Origin: Octopus bimaculoides
Taxonomy: Eukaryota
Direction of reading: 5' to 3'
Assembly: GCF_001194135.2 (NCBI RefSeq)
Contig: NC_068984.1
Location: 101,885,625-101,947,289, forward strand
Length of the DNA stretch: 61,665 bases
The translations under genes were made by a program, and so were the position numbers. The stretch's first letter is position 1, and each line of letters opens with the position of its first letter. The notes under the pieces were generated by a model, which ran no database searches, was not told where the DNA came from, and was given only the letters and a program-made list of their open reading frames with translations. Positions 24,035 through 35,219 of this stretch are shown here, piece after piece.

Positions 24035-24708
24035 GGTGGTGGTGGTGGTGGATTGGTGGTTTTTATTTTATATTGTCAATTGTTTTTCTTTGCCCTTAAC
24101 CTTTGACATTCAATGGTACATCACTTACAACTTGTGACTCTGGCTACATGCTAAAACTGAGAACAAACTACAACCGAAGCAGCACCAAGGTACTGCTGCC
24201 GCTGACACCGCAGATTATGATGATGACGACAATGAAAACGACGATGATGACGACGACGAAAACGACGATGATGTCTATACCGTCATCAACAAAAACAAAA
24301 ATTAAAAATAGTAACATCAACCACAAAACAACAACAAAATCAGGATCATTAAGACAATAATAATTCAGCGGATAATTGAGAGTTTATTCGTTTTATAAGC
24401 TGAAGCTTGTACAATTTAGCAGAGGTCGGTAGAGATGAATCATATCTCTACCAACCTTTACCAACCAGAATTGGAACTTGAATTGTAAAGGGGGCTAACT
24501 AACCAGCACAAGTATTTTACTCTACATTTAGGACATTGTCGGAAAATCTTTCTGAGGTATTTCATAGATTTATTTCATCAGTAAAATCATTTGATGGGAC
24601 TTTTGCAATAACAAAGAATTTATAAAAATGGGGAGATTCGTGAATGTAAAGTTTACTTTGTAAACTGTATTGCTAGTGCTACTTTAGAGTGACACTTTAG
24701 CATGCAGT

Positions 24709-24770
24709 CTAATCCTAACCTAACCATAACCCTAATCTTAATCCTAACCCAAAACTCTAGTCCTAATCCG
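24709..24770 (-). repeat. Degenerate (TTAGGG)-like tract
   Basis: ctaatcctaacctaaccataaccctaatcttaatcctaaccc. Confidence 0.5.
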
Positions 24771-24811
24771 AACACGGATCAGTCATTTCATAGCGTAGAC
24801 TCCTGATGAGG

Positions 24812-24975
24812 AGGGTTAAGCCGATTACATCGACCCCAGTGCTCAACAGGTACTTATTTTATCGAAGGGATGAAAGGCAAAGTCAACCTCGACGGAATTT
24901 GAGCGCAGAACATAAAGCAGACTAAATGTGGCTAATTTTGGCTGGCGTGCTAATGATTCTACCAACTTACTACCT
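24812..24975 (-). mobile_element. SINE family B
   Basis: ccgattacatcgaccccagt...ggatgaaaggcaaagtcaacctcgacggaatttgagc. Confidence 0.75.
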
Positions 24976-25082
24976 TAGTAATATTAGATATTAAAAGCAT
25001 TTATATGTAGCTTCTGGATTTTGTGTATGAGTGTTAATACCATAATTTTTATCGGCAGGAATATATTTATACATGCATACGT

Positions 25083-25530
25083 ACATACATAAAAAGTTTA
25101 TTATGGAATAAATATAGTGAATTTCCCTGTTATTGAATACGTACACACACATCAACACAAGGAATATTGGTGGAACATTAACCATAAAAACATCTGTCAA
25201 GTGTAAACATAAACAGGCTGCATATTGTTTTGGGCCAGACTATGTACTGTCATAGAGGTAAGCTGTCCTGCTGATGTGAATATCTCATAAAAATCAATGA
25301 GAAAGAGGATAATTACAAACAACTTACTCTGAAATCTCCAGCTTCTATATCCAGGTTATAAATTCACATTTATACCAATAACTAATGGTGGGCTTGGTTT
25401 TGTGAGTAAAGTGACAATCTGGATAAGCCAGAGTTTCCAGAAAAAAGGAATCAACCAACTCGCACATTACAAATACAATGAAATTGGAACAATAAAAATA
25501 TGCAAAACTTTTCTTAAGTTTAAAATGTGG
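25083..25530 (+). mobile_element. Non-LTR retrotransposon with restriction-like endonuclease (R4/Dong-type), 3' fragment
   Basis: EYWWNI, EVSCPADVNIS, EDNY, LQLLYPGYKFTFIPI..GGLGFV, GTIKICKTFLKF; homologous to 55975-56620. Confidence 0.75.
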
Positions 25531-25632
25531 ATTTATTTTTGTTAACTCCAGTCTAACGATGGTGCTTTGTATCTTTGGTAGGAATCAACTCCTTCCTCAG
25601 AGAAAGGATTAAAATAATTAAAAACAGAAGAG

Positions 25633-25900
25633 AACATACATGCATATAGCCATAGAGATTAGCTTCCCTGCAGATGTGAACATGTCTTCCAAAATCCACA
25701 AGAAGGAGGATAATTTATGGACACTGCAACTCCTCTACCCTGACAACAAATTTTCATTTATACCAATAATCATGTTAGTAAATGTCTACGCTACAATCTA
25801 AAAAAGCTAGATTTTCAAACTTTAATGACATAATCTTGAAGTGGACCAGTAAAAATTTGCAAGACTTTCTGAAAGTTCGATGTATAACTATTATTGTTGT
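25633..25900 (+). mobile_element. Second R4/Dong-type RLE 3' fragment
   Basis: IEISFPADVNMSSKIHKKEDN, LQLLYPDNKF, FIPII, VKICKTF. Confidence 0.7.
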
Positions 25901-26029
25901 TGTTATCCCAACTCCAATGATGGGGTTTTCGTTTCATTGTCAGAAATCAACTCCCTCCTAGAAAGAATACTAACAAATAAAAAAGAAATGGCATACATAC
26001 ATACATAATACATACTTACGTAATAGATA

Positions 26030-26682
26030 TGTAGTGGTTCATGCAGGCATGGCGTGGATTCAATCCTCGATAGCCAAATTTCACTTGACAGTTCAACAAC
26101 ACTTTTCTCACGGTAAAACAATAGCTTTTCTGTGAGTGACAGCAGTTACATTTGCAAGATGCCTTCGCTAAGAATAATGTCTTTGCCACTTGACCCTTCT
26201 AACTTCAACTAGGCCACCAAAAGCTAGAATAGAGATAACAGACCGCCAACGAAATCTATTATTCTCAGCAATATGTCTATCCGTCAGGCTGGTTTTTGAT
26301 AGTTATAAAAACTCCGTAAGCCAAAGTCAGTTAGTGAGAATCGAGTCTGAAGGAAAAGGCACAAAGGGATAACTATGCTAGCTCACCAACGAAGCAGTTG
26401 TTTCGTCTCACTTCTCTCACTTTCACTAACTCACTTTCTTTTCTCTGTAACATTACCATATCACTCTATATATATACTACTATGAGATCGTGTACACACA
26501 TACCGGCCGAAATTAATTCTTTTTACCTCGCATGCTTTCCATTTACTAGTTATACATAAAAACCCGTCGTGGTTTTGGATATATACAAAGTAACGGTAAA
26601 TAAATATCTCTTTACAACTTCAATCACTGTTCTTCTTCCATCTTGCATACTGGCAACCAACACCTTAACAACAACCGCTACA
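26030..26682 (+). mobile_element. Gypsy-like LTR (653 bp)
   Basis: TGTAGTGG...CCGCTACA terminal inverted repeat, TATA-like tataaaa, internal AATAAA, followed by a PBS. Homologous minus copy at 57239-58181. Confidence 0.8.
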
Positions 26683-26684
26683 AT

Positions 26685-26698
26685 TGGTGACCCTCGAC
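26685..26698 (+). promoter_or_regulatory. tRNA-Trp-like primer binding site
   Basis: TGGTGACCCTCGAC starts 2 nt after the LTR CA; compare the canonical Trp PBS TGGTGACCCCGACGTGAT. Confidence 0.7.
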
Positions 26699-27329
26699 TG
26701 CAATGAAGAACTAACCGTTACAGATACATGATATATACGTAATACATATATATATATACATAGTGATTGCTCCACTTTCACAGACGATTGCTGTCTCCTT
26801 CTGCTCCCTCATTGTCAATGACATTCCTGACTTTCCGCCCACGACCTTTCCTAAGACTATTCAATCCGTTGCATGGTTTGAAGCTAAGGTGAGAGATAAA
26901 AGTTGTAACTTACTGTACGCTTTCAAGTGGTTAGTTCTACACACGTCACCGATCTCCCATTGCCCTAGGACCTACACTAGATGAAACGATAAATGAGGTC
27001 ACCATAAAGAGAGATCTGTACGTCATTGGGTTATGTTTATCCTGAGTATGACTTTAAACTGCATCCGGTAGTGTGGCTTTGGTTCCGGAGTTCAATCGCT
27101 TTGAGGAGTGTAGAACCGGGTCTACTCTTAGCCAGGTCTACTCTTGCCTGGAGTAGTAGCATTTGCCTGAGTCTCAGCTATGGATTAACTCGCATATATG
27201 ATAATACTGTATATGAGCGCAGAAATACCCTTAGTTGGTGTCAGGGTGCGCAGTAATAGACCCTAGCATCCTCTTAGGAAGGGGCATTCTAATGTAAAAC
27301 CTGCGGTTTCACTTGATTACTGGTCGTCT

Positions 27330-27580
27330 CGCTTCGGCCTATCGCGAGGTACTAATCACGGAGACTCGCTTGTGATACTCGATCGCTGACCACTTCACAT
27401 ATTTTTTTCTCTCTTTGTTTCTCTCTTTGTTTCTCTCCTTGTTTCTTTCTTTGTTCCTTTCTGTTGAAGAGCGTAGGCGCGAAACGTTAAAGACTTTCTC
27501 TATTCCCGAGCGTTATACTAATACATCCATTTGTTGTTTACACCACCTGTCTTCGTCTGTTGTTTTTTCGTGAATTCTCC
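27330..27580 (+). mobile_element. Penelope-like terminal repeat fragment with degenerate hammerhead motif
   Basis: cttt CTGTTGA AGAGC gtag GCGC GAAA CGTT aaag in a T-rich context ending at a microsatellite. Confidence 0.45.
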
Positions 27581-27715
27581 CTATACATACATACATACAT
27601 ACACATACATACATACATACATACACACATACAAACACACACGCATACATACATACATACACACATACACACATACATACATACATACATACATACATAC
27701 ATACATACATACATG

Positions 27716-27765
<50 letters not shown>

Positions 27766-29910
27766 TACATGCATACATAATGGAAGTTAGCTCGTGATCA
27801 GGTTGGGCCGCTTTCGAAACTCCGTGCAAGCGTTCCGAGTCCAAGAAGTTCGTGTGAATGAATTTCCTTTGAGTGAATAAATTGTTGCATATCAATGAAC
27901 CCACTTTTCAGTGCAAATCAGCTATAACACCAGTGGCACAACTAAGGTTGAGACAATCAGAAAACGGCTGCACTTCAGTTTTGTCCTTTGTTGTTTATTT
28001 TCTGTACAAGTTTACCTACTCCTAGAAGGAATTTCTATGAACTAGCGGTCCTTCACTCCTTGTGGTCCACTTGCTATTTTTACCCAAAGCTGGAACCCTG
28101 GCAGGTGCTACTACTCTGGGTCTAATTAGACCTGGGAACAAAAGTCATTAATTGGTGGTTCAACACTCCGCAAAACCCTGTCGGATGCATTTTAAGGTTA
28201 TACCCAAAAGGCACATATACACATGCATGCTGGACTATATTGTTCCCCACAAAAAAAAAAAAAAATCGACGACAGTATTCAGTGATTGGCACTGCTCGCT
28301 GCTAGAAGTGTTCCTATGAGAGAGATGGAAAAATTTCCGCTCGATATAGATTAACAGAAATGGGTTTGCTTGAAATTTAGACTTTTAAAAGGAATGAAAT
28401 TGACTGGACGTGACGACAGTGATATCCGATAATTCTATGTAAACAAATCTACGTAACAAAACGAATGTATAGAACACTCATATATTTTATATAAAAGATG
28501 AAAAAAAATCACATTCATGCTGGGTGTAGTACGTTGGAAAGTGTACCTCGTCTGCTATTTCTGAAATACTTAGGACAAACGCAGCAAAATGAGGAAGCCC
28601 TCTCAATAAAATTAACGGATTTAACCTTTTCTGTTTATGAAATTATGGAGTGTAACCTGTCCGATCAATTTAGTTTAATTTTCAAATCCCTTAAACCGCA
28701 TATCAATGCCGAATTATTGAATTCGAGGCCATAACTAATGGGGAAATTGTAGACAAAAGCTGATGCATATAGAACGCAGTGTATTAATTGTCAAAATTTA
28801 AGCATAGAATGACTACAACCTGTTGACAGAGACGCCACCCTGCAAGTTCATTTTTATGAGTCAGCAACATAAAGGAAGAAACAGATGTTTGTAAAAAAAA
28901 AAATTCCAGTAATATCTGATTATCAAAACAATATTTTGTGACGTAAAAGAGCTCTTAATAATGACATAATGATGGGAGTAAATGGTATACGAAAGGAAAC
29001 AATACCAATCCCAACAGTAAAACCGTGACAACCGAATTAAGCGCAACAATGCGCGCGCGCGCGCGCGCGCGCGCGTGAGGTATGTATATCTGCAGGATCT
29101 CCAATGGCTATGGAGGGTCAATCAGAATTAAATAGTAATCAAAAACTAGTACACACATTAAATAATAAAATGATTATAAAGTCAGTGCTTATTAAAACAG
29201 ATTTCCTTTACAAAAATTGATAGAATTAAATTTTCACATGAAATGTTTTCAGACTGGTGATCGTTCTGGTCCAGGCACTGCTCATGATGCATAGCAAGAA
29301 AATCACGAATATCAAGGAATATTTACACAAGTTAACGTGTGAAAAACAAAATGGGAATTTTGGAAGAAAAATCTATAAAACTAGATTTTAAACATCGAAT
29401 GGCTATGGAGAATAAAAAGTAATCAAAAGGATCCACAAATAAAAAATGGTTGAGAACCACTGCGCTACATCTTCAAAGTTCTCTTGCCTGATTGACATGA
29501 GAAACTGTCGCTTCAAGTTCAAATAAATGGGACCAGTCATACACACAAGGCATTTTATTCCGAAATATTATCAGACTATGGATGACTAAATTACAACAGG
29601 TATATAGCCCATTGTTTGTATTATAGTGCATTGTTGTACCATTCAAAACGTTTTATTCTTTACATATAATACACAATGCTTCAAGCGAACTACAATACTC
29701 TCCTATAAAGAGAGAAAACCGGAAGTAAATATTTAAAAAGACGTGAATATAATATAAAAAGCAATATTTTTATTTTTATTTTTAATAACAAAATCAAATG
29801 AACAGCCTATTTGTCCGAGGTCAAATTATTCATGTATCACAAGTATGGAAGCAATTGGTGAAGCTGTTTCGCATGAAAAGTGAATACACACACATCTCTA
29901 TTTTATATAT

Positions 29911-29978
29911 TATTAGATTAGATTAGATTAGATTAGATTAGATTAGATTAGATTAGATTAGATATTAGATTAGATTAA
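29911..29978. repeat. (ATTAG)n pentanucleotide repeat
   Basis: Visible tandem attagattag run. Confidence 0.9.
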
Positions 29979-30081
29979 CATGGTATTCCTCTATAACATG
30001 TAGATTCTCAGGCCTCCAGTAAGTGTAATTGTAACGGTTAATTGAACCATTTCATTTTAAGTGTAGCTTCATCACTCCAGT

Positions 30082-30410
30082 GACGAAGCATGGCTCAGTG
30101 GTTAGGGTGTCGGGCTCATGATCATGACGTAGTGAGTTCGATTCCGAACCGGGCTGTGTGTTGTGTTCTTGAGCAAGACACTTTATTTCACGTTCCTCAA
30201 GTTCGCTCAGCTGAAAAAGTGAGATTCGGCTTCACTGGTGCCAAGCTGTATCGGCCTTTGCTTTTCCCTCGGGTAACATCGGTGGCGTGGGGAGGGGAGG
30301 CTAGTATGCATGGGTGACTGCTGGTCTTCCATAAGCAACTTTGCCCGGACCTGTGCCTCGGAGAGAAACTTTCTAGGTGCAATCCCATGGTCATGACTGA
30401 AGAGGGGGTT
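30082..30410 (+). mobile_element. tRNA-derived SINE, family C
   Basis: A box TGGCTCAGTGG, B box GTTCGATTCC; flanked by the 15-bp direct repeat cttcatcactccagt (30067-30081 and 30412-30426). Confidence 0.85.
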
Positions 30411-30426
30411 TCTTCATCACTCCAGT

Positions 30427-30500
30427 GACGAAGCATGGCTCAGTGGTTAGGGTGTCGGGCTCATGATCATGACGTAGTGAGTTCGATTCCGAACCGGGCT
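30427..30500 (+). mobile_element. Identical second head of SINE family C, truncated by gap
   Basis: Exact repeat of 30082-30155. Confidence 0.7.
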
Positions 30501-31457
30501 NNNNNNNNNNNNNNNNNNNNNNNNNNNNNNNNNNNNNNNNNNNNNNNNNNNNNNNNNNNNNNNNNNNNNNNNNNNNNNNNNNNNNNNNNNNNNNNNNNNN
30601 NNNNNNNNNNNNNNNNNNNNNNNNNNNNNNNNNNNNNNNNNNNNNNNNNNNNNNNNNNNNNNNNNNNNNNNNNNNNNNNNNNNNNNNNNNNNNNNNNNNN
30701 NNNNNNNNNNNNNNNNNNNNNNNNNNNNNNNNNNNNNNNNNNNNNNNNNNNNNNNNNNNNNNNNNNNNNNNNNNNNNNNNNNNNNNNNNNNNNNNNNNNN
30801 NNNNNNNNNNNNNNNNNNNNNNNNNNNNNNNNNNNNNNNNNNNNNNNNNNNNNNNNNNNNNNNNNNNNNNNNNNNNNNNNNNNNNNNNNNNNNNNNNNNN
30901 NNNNNNNNNNNNNNNNNNNNNNNNNNNNNNNNNNNNNNNNNNNNNNNNNNNNNNNNNNNNNNNNNNNNNNNNNNNNNNNNNNNNNNNNNNNNNNNNNNNN
31001 NNNNNNNNNNNNNNNNNNNNNNNNNNNNNNNNNNNNNNNNNNNNNNNNNNNNNNNNNNNNNNNNNNNNNNNNNNNNNNNNNNNNNNNNNNNNNNNNNNNN
31101 NNNNNNNNNNNNNNNNNNNNNNNNNNNNNNNNNNNNNNNNNNNNNNNNNNNNNNNNNNNNNNNNNNNNNNNNNNNNNNNNNNNNNNNNNNNNNNNNNNNN
31201 NNNNNNNNNNNNNNNNNNNNNNNNNNNNNNNNNNNNNNNNNNNNNNNNNNNNNNNNNNNNNNNNNNNNNNNNNNNNNNNNNNNNNNNNNNNNNNNNNNNN
31301 NNNNNNNNNNNNNNNNNNNNNNNNNNNNNNNNNNNNNNNNNNNNNNNNNNNNNNNNNNNNNNNNNNNNNNNNNNNNNNNNNNNNNNNNNNNNNNNNNNNN
31401 NNNNNNNNNNNNNNNNNNNNNNNNNNNNNNNNNNNNNNNNNNNNNNNNNNNNCAGCA

Positions 31458-31502
31458 CGAACGTATCCGGATTTCAGGGTTATTTCCCTTCGTCAGCGTC
31501 CG
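31458..31502 (-). ncRNA. Minimal type I hammerhead ribozyme (AUA site)
   Basis: cggacg CUGACGA AGGG-aaauaa-CCCU GAAA U-CCGG-A UA^ cguucg: complete core, stems I and II paired, palindromic stem III. Confidence 0.85.
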
Positions 31503-31805
31503 ATAGCTACCGACCTTCGATGAGAGATATAAATTCTTGGCAACCTTATGTATCTTTTTCCAGTGAAATTATTCACTGATATCGAAAAAGTTGAAACAAG
31601 CAATATTAATTCTCTAAATGAGGTATTAACAGTAACTGCACGATAAAGTGAAGTATATTTCCACTTAAATGTGGCTGACCCCTAGGGGTGGATGTTACTG
31701 TTGCTTTTAGCCCCAGGAGGACATCGATTTCAGTGAATAATTTCACTGGAAAAAGATGCATAAGGTTGCCAAGAATTATCCTTCTCATCGCAGATCGGTG
31801 GCTAT

Positions 31806-31850
31806 CGGACGCTGACGAAGGGAAATAACCCTGAAACCCGGGTCCGTTCG
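31806..31850 (+). ncRNA. Minimal type I hammerhead ribozyme (GUC site)
   Basis: cggacg CUGACGA AGGG-aaauaa-CCCU GAAA C-CCGG-G UC^ cguucg; predicted cleavage after 31844. Confidence 0.9.
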
Positions 31851-32051
31851 TGCTACAGATCACGATGGGAGGGATAACTTCCCTTGGCAAAACAAACAGG
31901 ACACAGAAGTGTGTCGATAAGCCAGCTGGAGGAGATGTCCTCCTGGGGCTAAAAGCAACAGTAACATCCACCCCTATGGGTCAGCCACATTTAAGTGGCA
32001 ATATACTTCACTTTATCGTGCAGTTACTGTTAATACCTCATTTAGAGAATT

Positions 32052-32096
<45 letters not shown>

Positions 32097-32399
32097 AGAT
32101 AGTGTACCCCACCAAAATGTATACACACTTTTATAGGTGATAACCCGCTTAATGTCCATTTCCTTGCTTTGTCTGAGACCGAGATACGAATTCTTGGTGT
32201 CAGGATATTCGAAAACCAATCAGCAAAGAGAAGATTGAAGTCGTTCATCATTAATGTGTTACCAGAGTTGCTTTGTTGAGTGAAAAGTTTAACTTTCTAG
32301 GGGCACTTTTGGAAGTAGAGTGAAACGATTAAAGAGACCTACTGAGTCAAATTATTAACAAGTCATTGACTTTGTTGTGTATGGACAGTTATTCATAAT

Positions 32400-32600
32400 A
32401 ACTATTGAAAAATACGTCCTTTACACCGGTGGTAATGGAATCATGGAGGAAAACAGCAATACCTGTCTTTCTTTGGCCTGCGTGATACACTTGAATGGTG
32501 GTAAAATCTCCAGCGTCTACGAGAAAGCTGTTGAGGTAGGTCTCAGAATGAAGAAAAGGATTAAGAGTAGTTGATCGGCCAGCCAGCCTTCAATGTATGG
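32400..32600 (-). pseudogene. Possible CR1/Jockey-type AP-endonuclease relic
   Basis: Minus frame FLHSETYLNSFLVDAGDFTTIQVYHAGQRKTGIAVFLHDSI resembles the SETxL...GxAV motifs of LINE APE N-termini. Confidence 0.35.
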
Positions 32601-32671
32601 ACATTTCCATTTTTGCGCATTGGTAGATGGGTTGATTCCTTCAGTATTTAATGGGATAGTCATTGCTGAAG

Positions 32672-32706
<35 letters not shown>

Positions 32707-33296
32707 GTGGGAGTTTACTTCACGGACTGTGACTTGTCCTCGTTGTTGTGTAGTGACAGTGCTAATAGTTCTTCATGCACTGATGTGACAGTAGAGGTTA
32801 GTGTGCTATAGTGAGAATGATTTTCTGGATTTCTTTGATCAGATTCAGCGAAGCTAAAAAAAAAAAAACGTCCCTCTTGGTTAGAGACTAGCTGGCATCT
32901 GTTGTGCTTGCACAGCTAAATATGATCACGATTTGTGCTTTTGATCACTTCGAATGCATTCTCGTTTCCTGATTTGAGAACAGACCAGCATTAACCGTAG
33001 CAAGGAATGATGTTACTAACCGTAATGGTTAGGTATTGTGCTATTATTAGGATAGAGGACAGATTTGTCAGACGATACGTAATCGTGTCCTATTCGTGAG
33101 CGGTTAATAATGAGTTTCTCAATTGCGTGTCTAGTTCTTGGGAAGAGGGTGAAAGGACAGTCACGCTGTGAGCGTATTCTTTCACGTAGGGAATAGCGAA
33201 GTGTGTGTGTGTGCTATTTCTGCTATAGGATGCAATGCACTCCTTGCTGAATGCTTGAGAGTTATCACCCTATAACTTCATCGGAACTTCGAATAT

Positions 33297-33381
<85 letters not shown>

Positions 33382-35219
33382 CGTGCGCGTGTTTGTGTAG
33401 TTGTTTTGAAAAGAATAACAGAGAATGAAGAAATATTGATTTTGTAAATGAGAAAGGCAGAGAGGAAACAGGCCCAGAAAAGAGGGAATTATGTGTAAAT
33501 TAATGTTAACGTTACTCAACGTTGTGCCATCAATGAGTGACTCCTAAATCCTGACTTGAAGCAAATCCTTACTACATCACTCCCACCGGAGTCGATAAAA
33601 TAAAATACCTTACAACTTTTCCATTCAATCAGAAAAGCATTAGACATTTTTATTATCACTCTCCAATAGTTTACATCCTGTATCTGCTGTCGCTAGATTG
33701 GTTAAAGATTAAATTTCTTTACTGGTCGATTATTTCGGCCGTTTTTACTGAATTCTAACTACAATCCAGAAAAGGTGGGTTTCAAATGTGTGTTAGTATC
33801 AAGTTTAGTCTGTGTGTACACATAGTGTTAATGTAATATAACTCATCTAAGATGATTACATCGATAGTTATAATTCAGTCCTACCGTCTTTGTCTGTCGC
33901 TGTTCTTGTTGTTGTGGCTGCGGTTATTTTGTCGTTTACTGCTAATAGTATTCGTTTATCATCTTATTCGTCGTTTTTCTTTTCTGGTTTTATTTATATT
34001 ACTCCTAAACCAACATCACTATTGTACACAGTAAACGCGGTGGATGAAATCATCTTAGGTAACACAACTTGAATTTTTATTAATAATTCAGTGACTAGAC
34101 ATCTCTCAGGCTTATAGCTCAGTGGAGAGTAATAATTTAACGACAATACATGTAACCCTATGTGTTAACCCAAAATTGATATTTATGGGAAGTTAAAGGC
34201 AAGTGATTCCTTGCCTAGAGTTCATGAAGAGAATAATTAAAAAAAAAAAAACAGTTTGTTTTGGACGTACGCAAGTTTGAAGATAAACTCGCTACCATTG
34301 TTTTTGAAATATAATGTTGAAGTAAATTATAAACCATTGTTGTGGTTTGGTTGCTCGTATCGCGGAGATAGTATCGTTGCTGGACCTTTCTTTTTGGGGA
34401 GAAAGTTGCATGTAGAACAACTGAAGCAAACTCACGACCTCTAACTTTAATATTGATTACCAGATATGATATAGTTGGCGATGGCTATTTACAAGATAGA
34501 ATATTTATAATTGTCGGGAGAAACACCGCGCCGCACCTGTGAAAGCTACTTATATAGAACAGCTTCGGACTTCACAAAAGTCCAAAGTTGTCTGCTTGAG
34601 TGCCGGTGGTGGTGAGGCATGTGAATCAGTTGGCCGCTCTCAACATTCTGCCTCGTGAATTAGGCACCAATCGGTTTATATGAGGTGACAATGGGACAAA
34701 TTCTAGACTAGCCGAGTAAACCATATCACGCCACAGCTTCTCGCCTATTGGTCGGTTTATGGATCAATCACATGAAAATGTAGTGGCTCACTCGTGGTAC
34801 CTAACCGAGTATCTAGCGGTTATGGTTCAAATCCCAGCTACATCATCATCTGTTGATGCAAGAAAGCGAAATACACAAATCTTGAGAAAGCAGTGACGAT
34901 GTGATTTATCCAATAAAAATCATGAGATAATAATATCCGAGGAGTAACAATTCAAAATGCTGCTACCAAGCTACTTAGGTATACAGATATCAAGAATGTT
35001 GAAGCTAGTGATGGGTAGTTATGGTGATACAGAAATGAACGACTAAAGAGTATTCAAATACTCACTGAGAAGTTGGCAGAGTATCAACCAAAGAAATGGA
35101 ATTATGCAGCAAAAGGTTTAGAGAGGTTATTTGTGAAGGACGCACAGTTTTTCAGGCAAATAAGGAGGATGAAACTATCTTATAACAATTCTGGTTGTCA
35201 TTGCATTACTTAGCCCGTT

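Larger units (their letters stand above)
31454..32053. mobile_element. Penelope-like / retrozyme-like ~350-nt unit, tandem plus inverted
   Basis: Blocks A (31454-31585) and B (31606-31725) recur inverted as A' (31724-31854) and B' (31934-32053). Each A carries a hammerhead. Confidence 0.7.

Noticed and set aside
24803-24815. CTGATGAG core
   Set aside because: No downstream stem II-GAAA; runs directly into a SINE.
30082-30155. tRNA gene (also other SINE heads)
   Set aside because: A and B boxes are present, but there is no complete cloverleaf and the sequence continues into a SINE body.
30391-31523. Long ORFs spanning N runs (also 37705-39058, 48408-49472, 52484-53692)
   Set aside because: They are open only because the gaps translate as X.
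34779-34843. tRNA-like segment with GGTTCAAATCC
   Set aside because: D and anticodon arms cannot be folded; at most a decayed SINE head.
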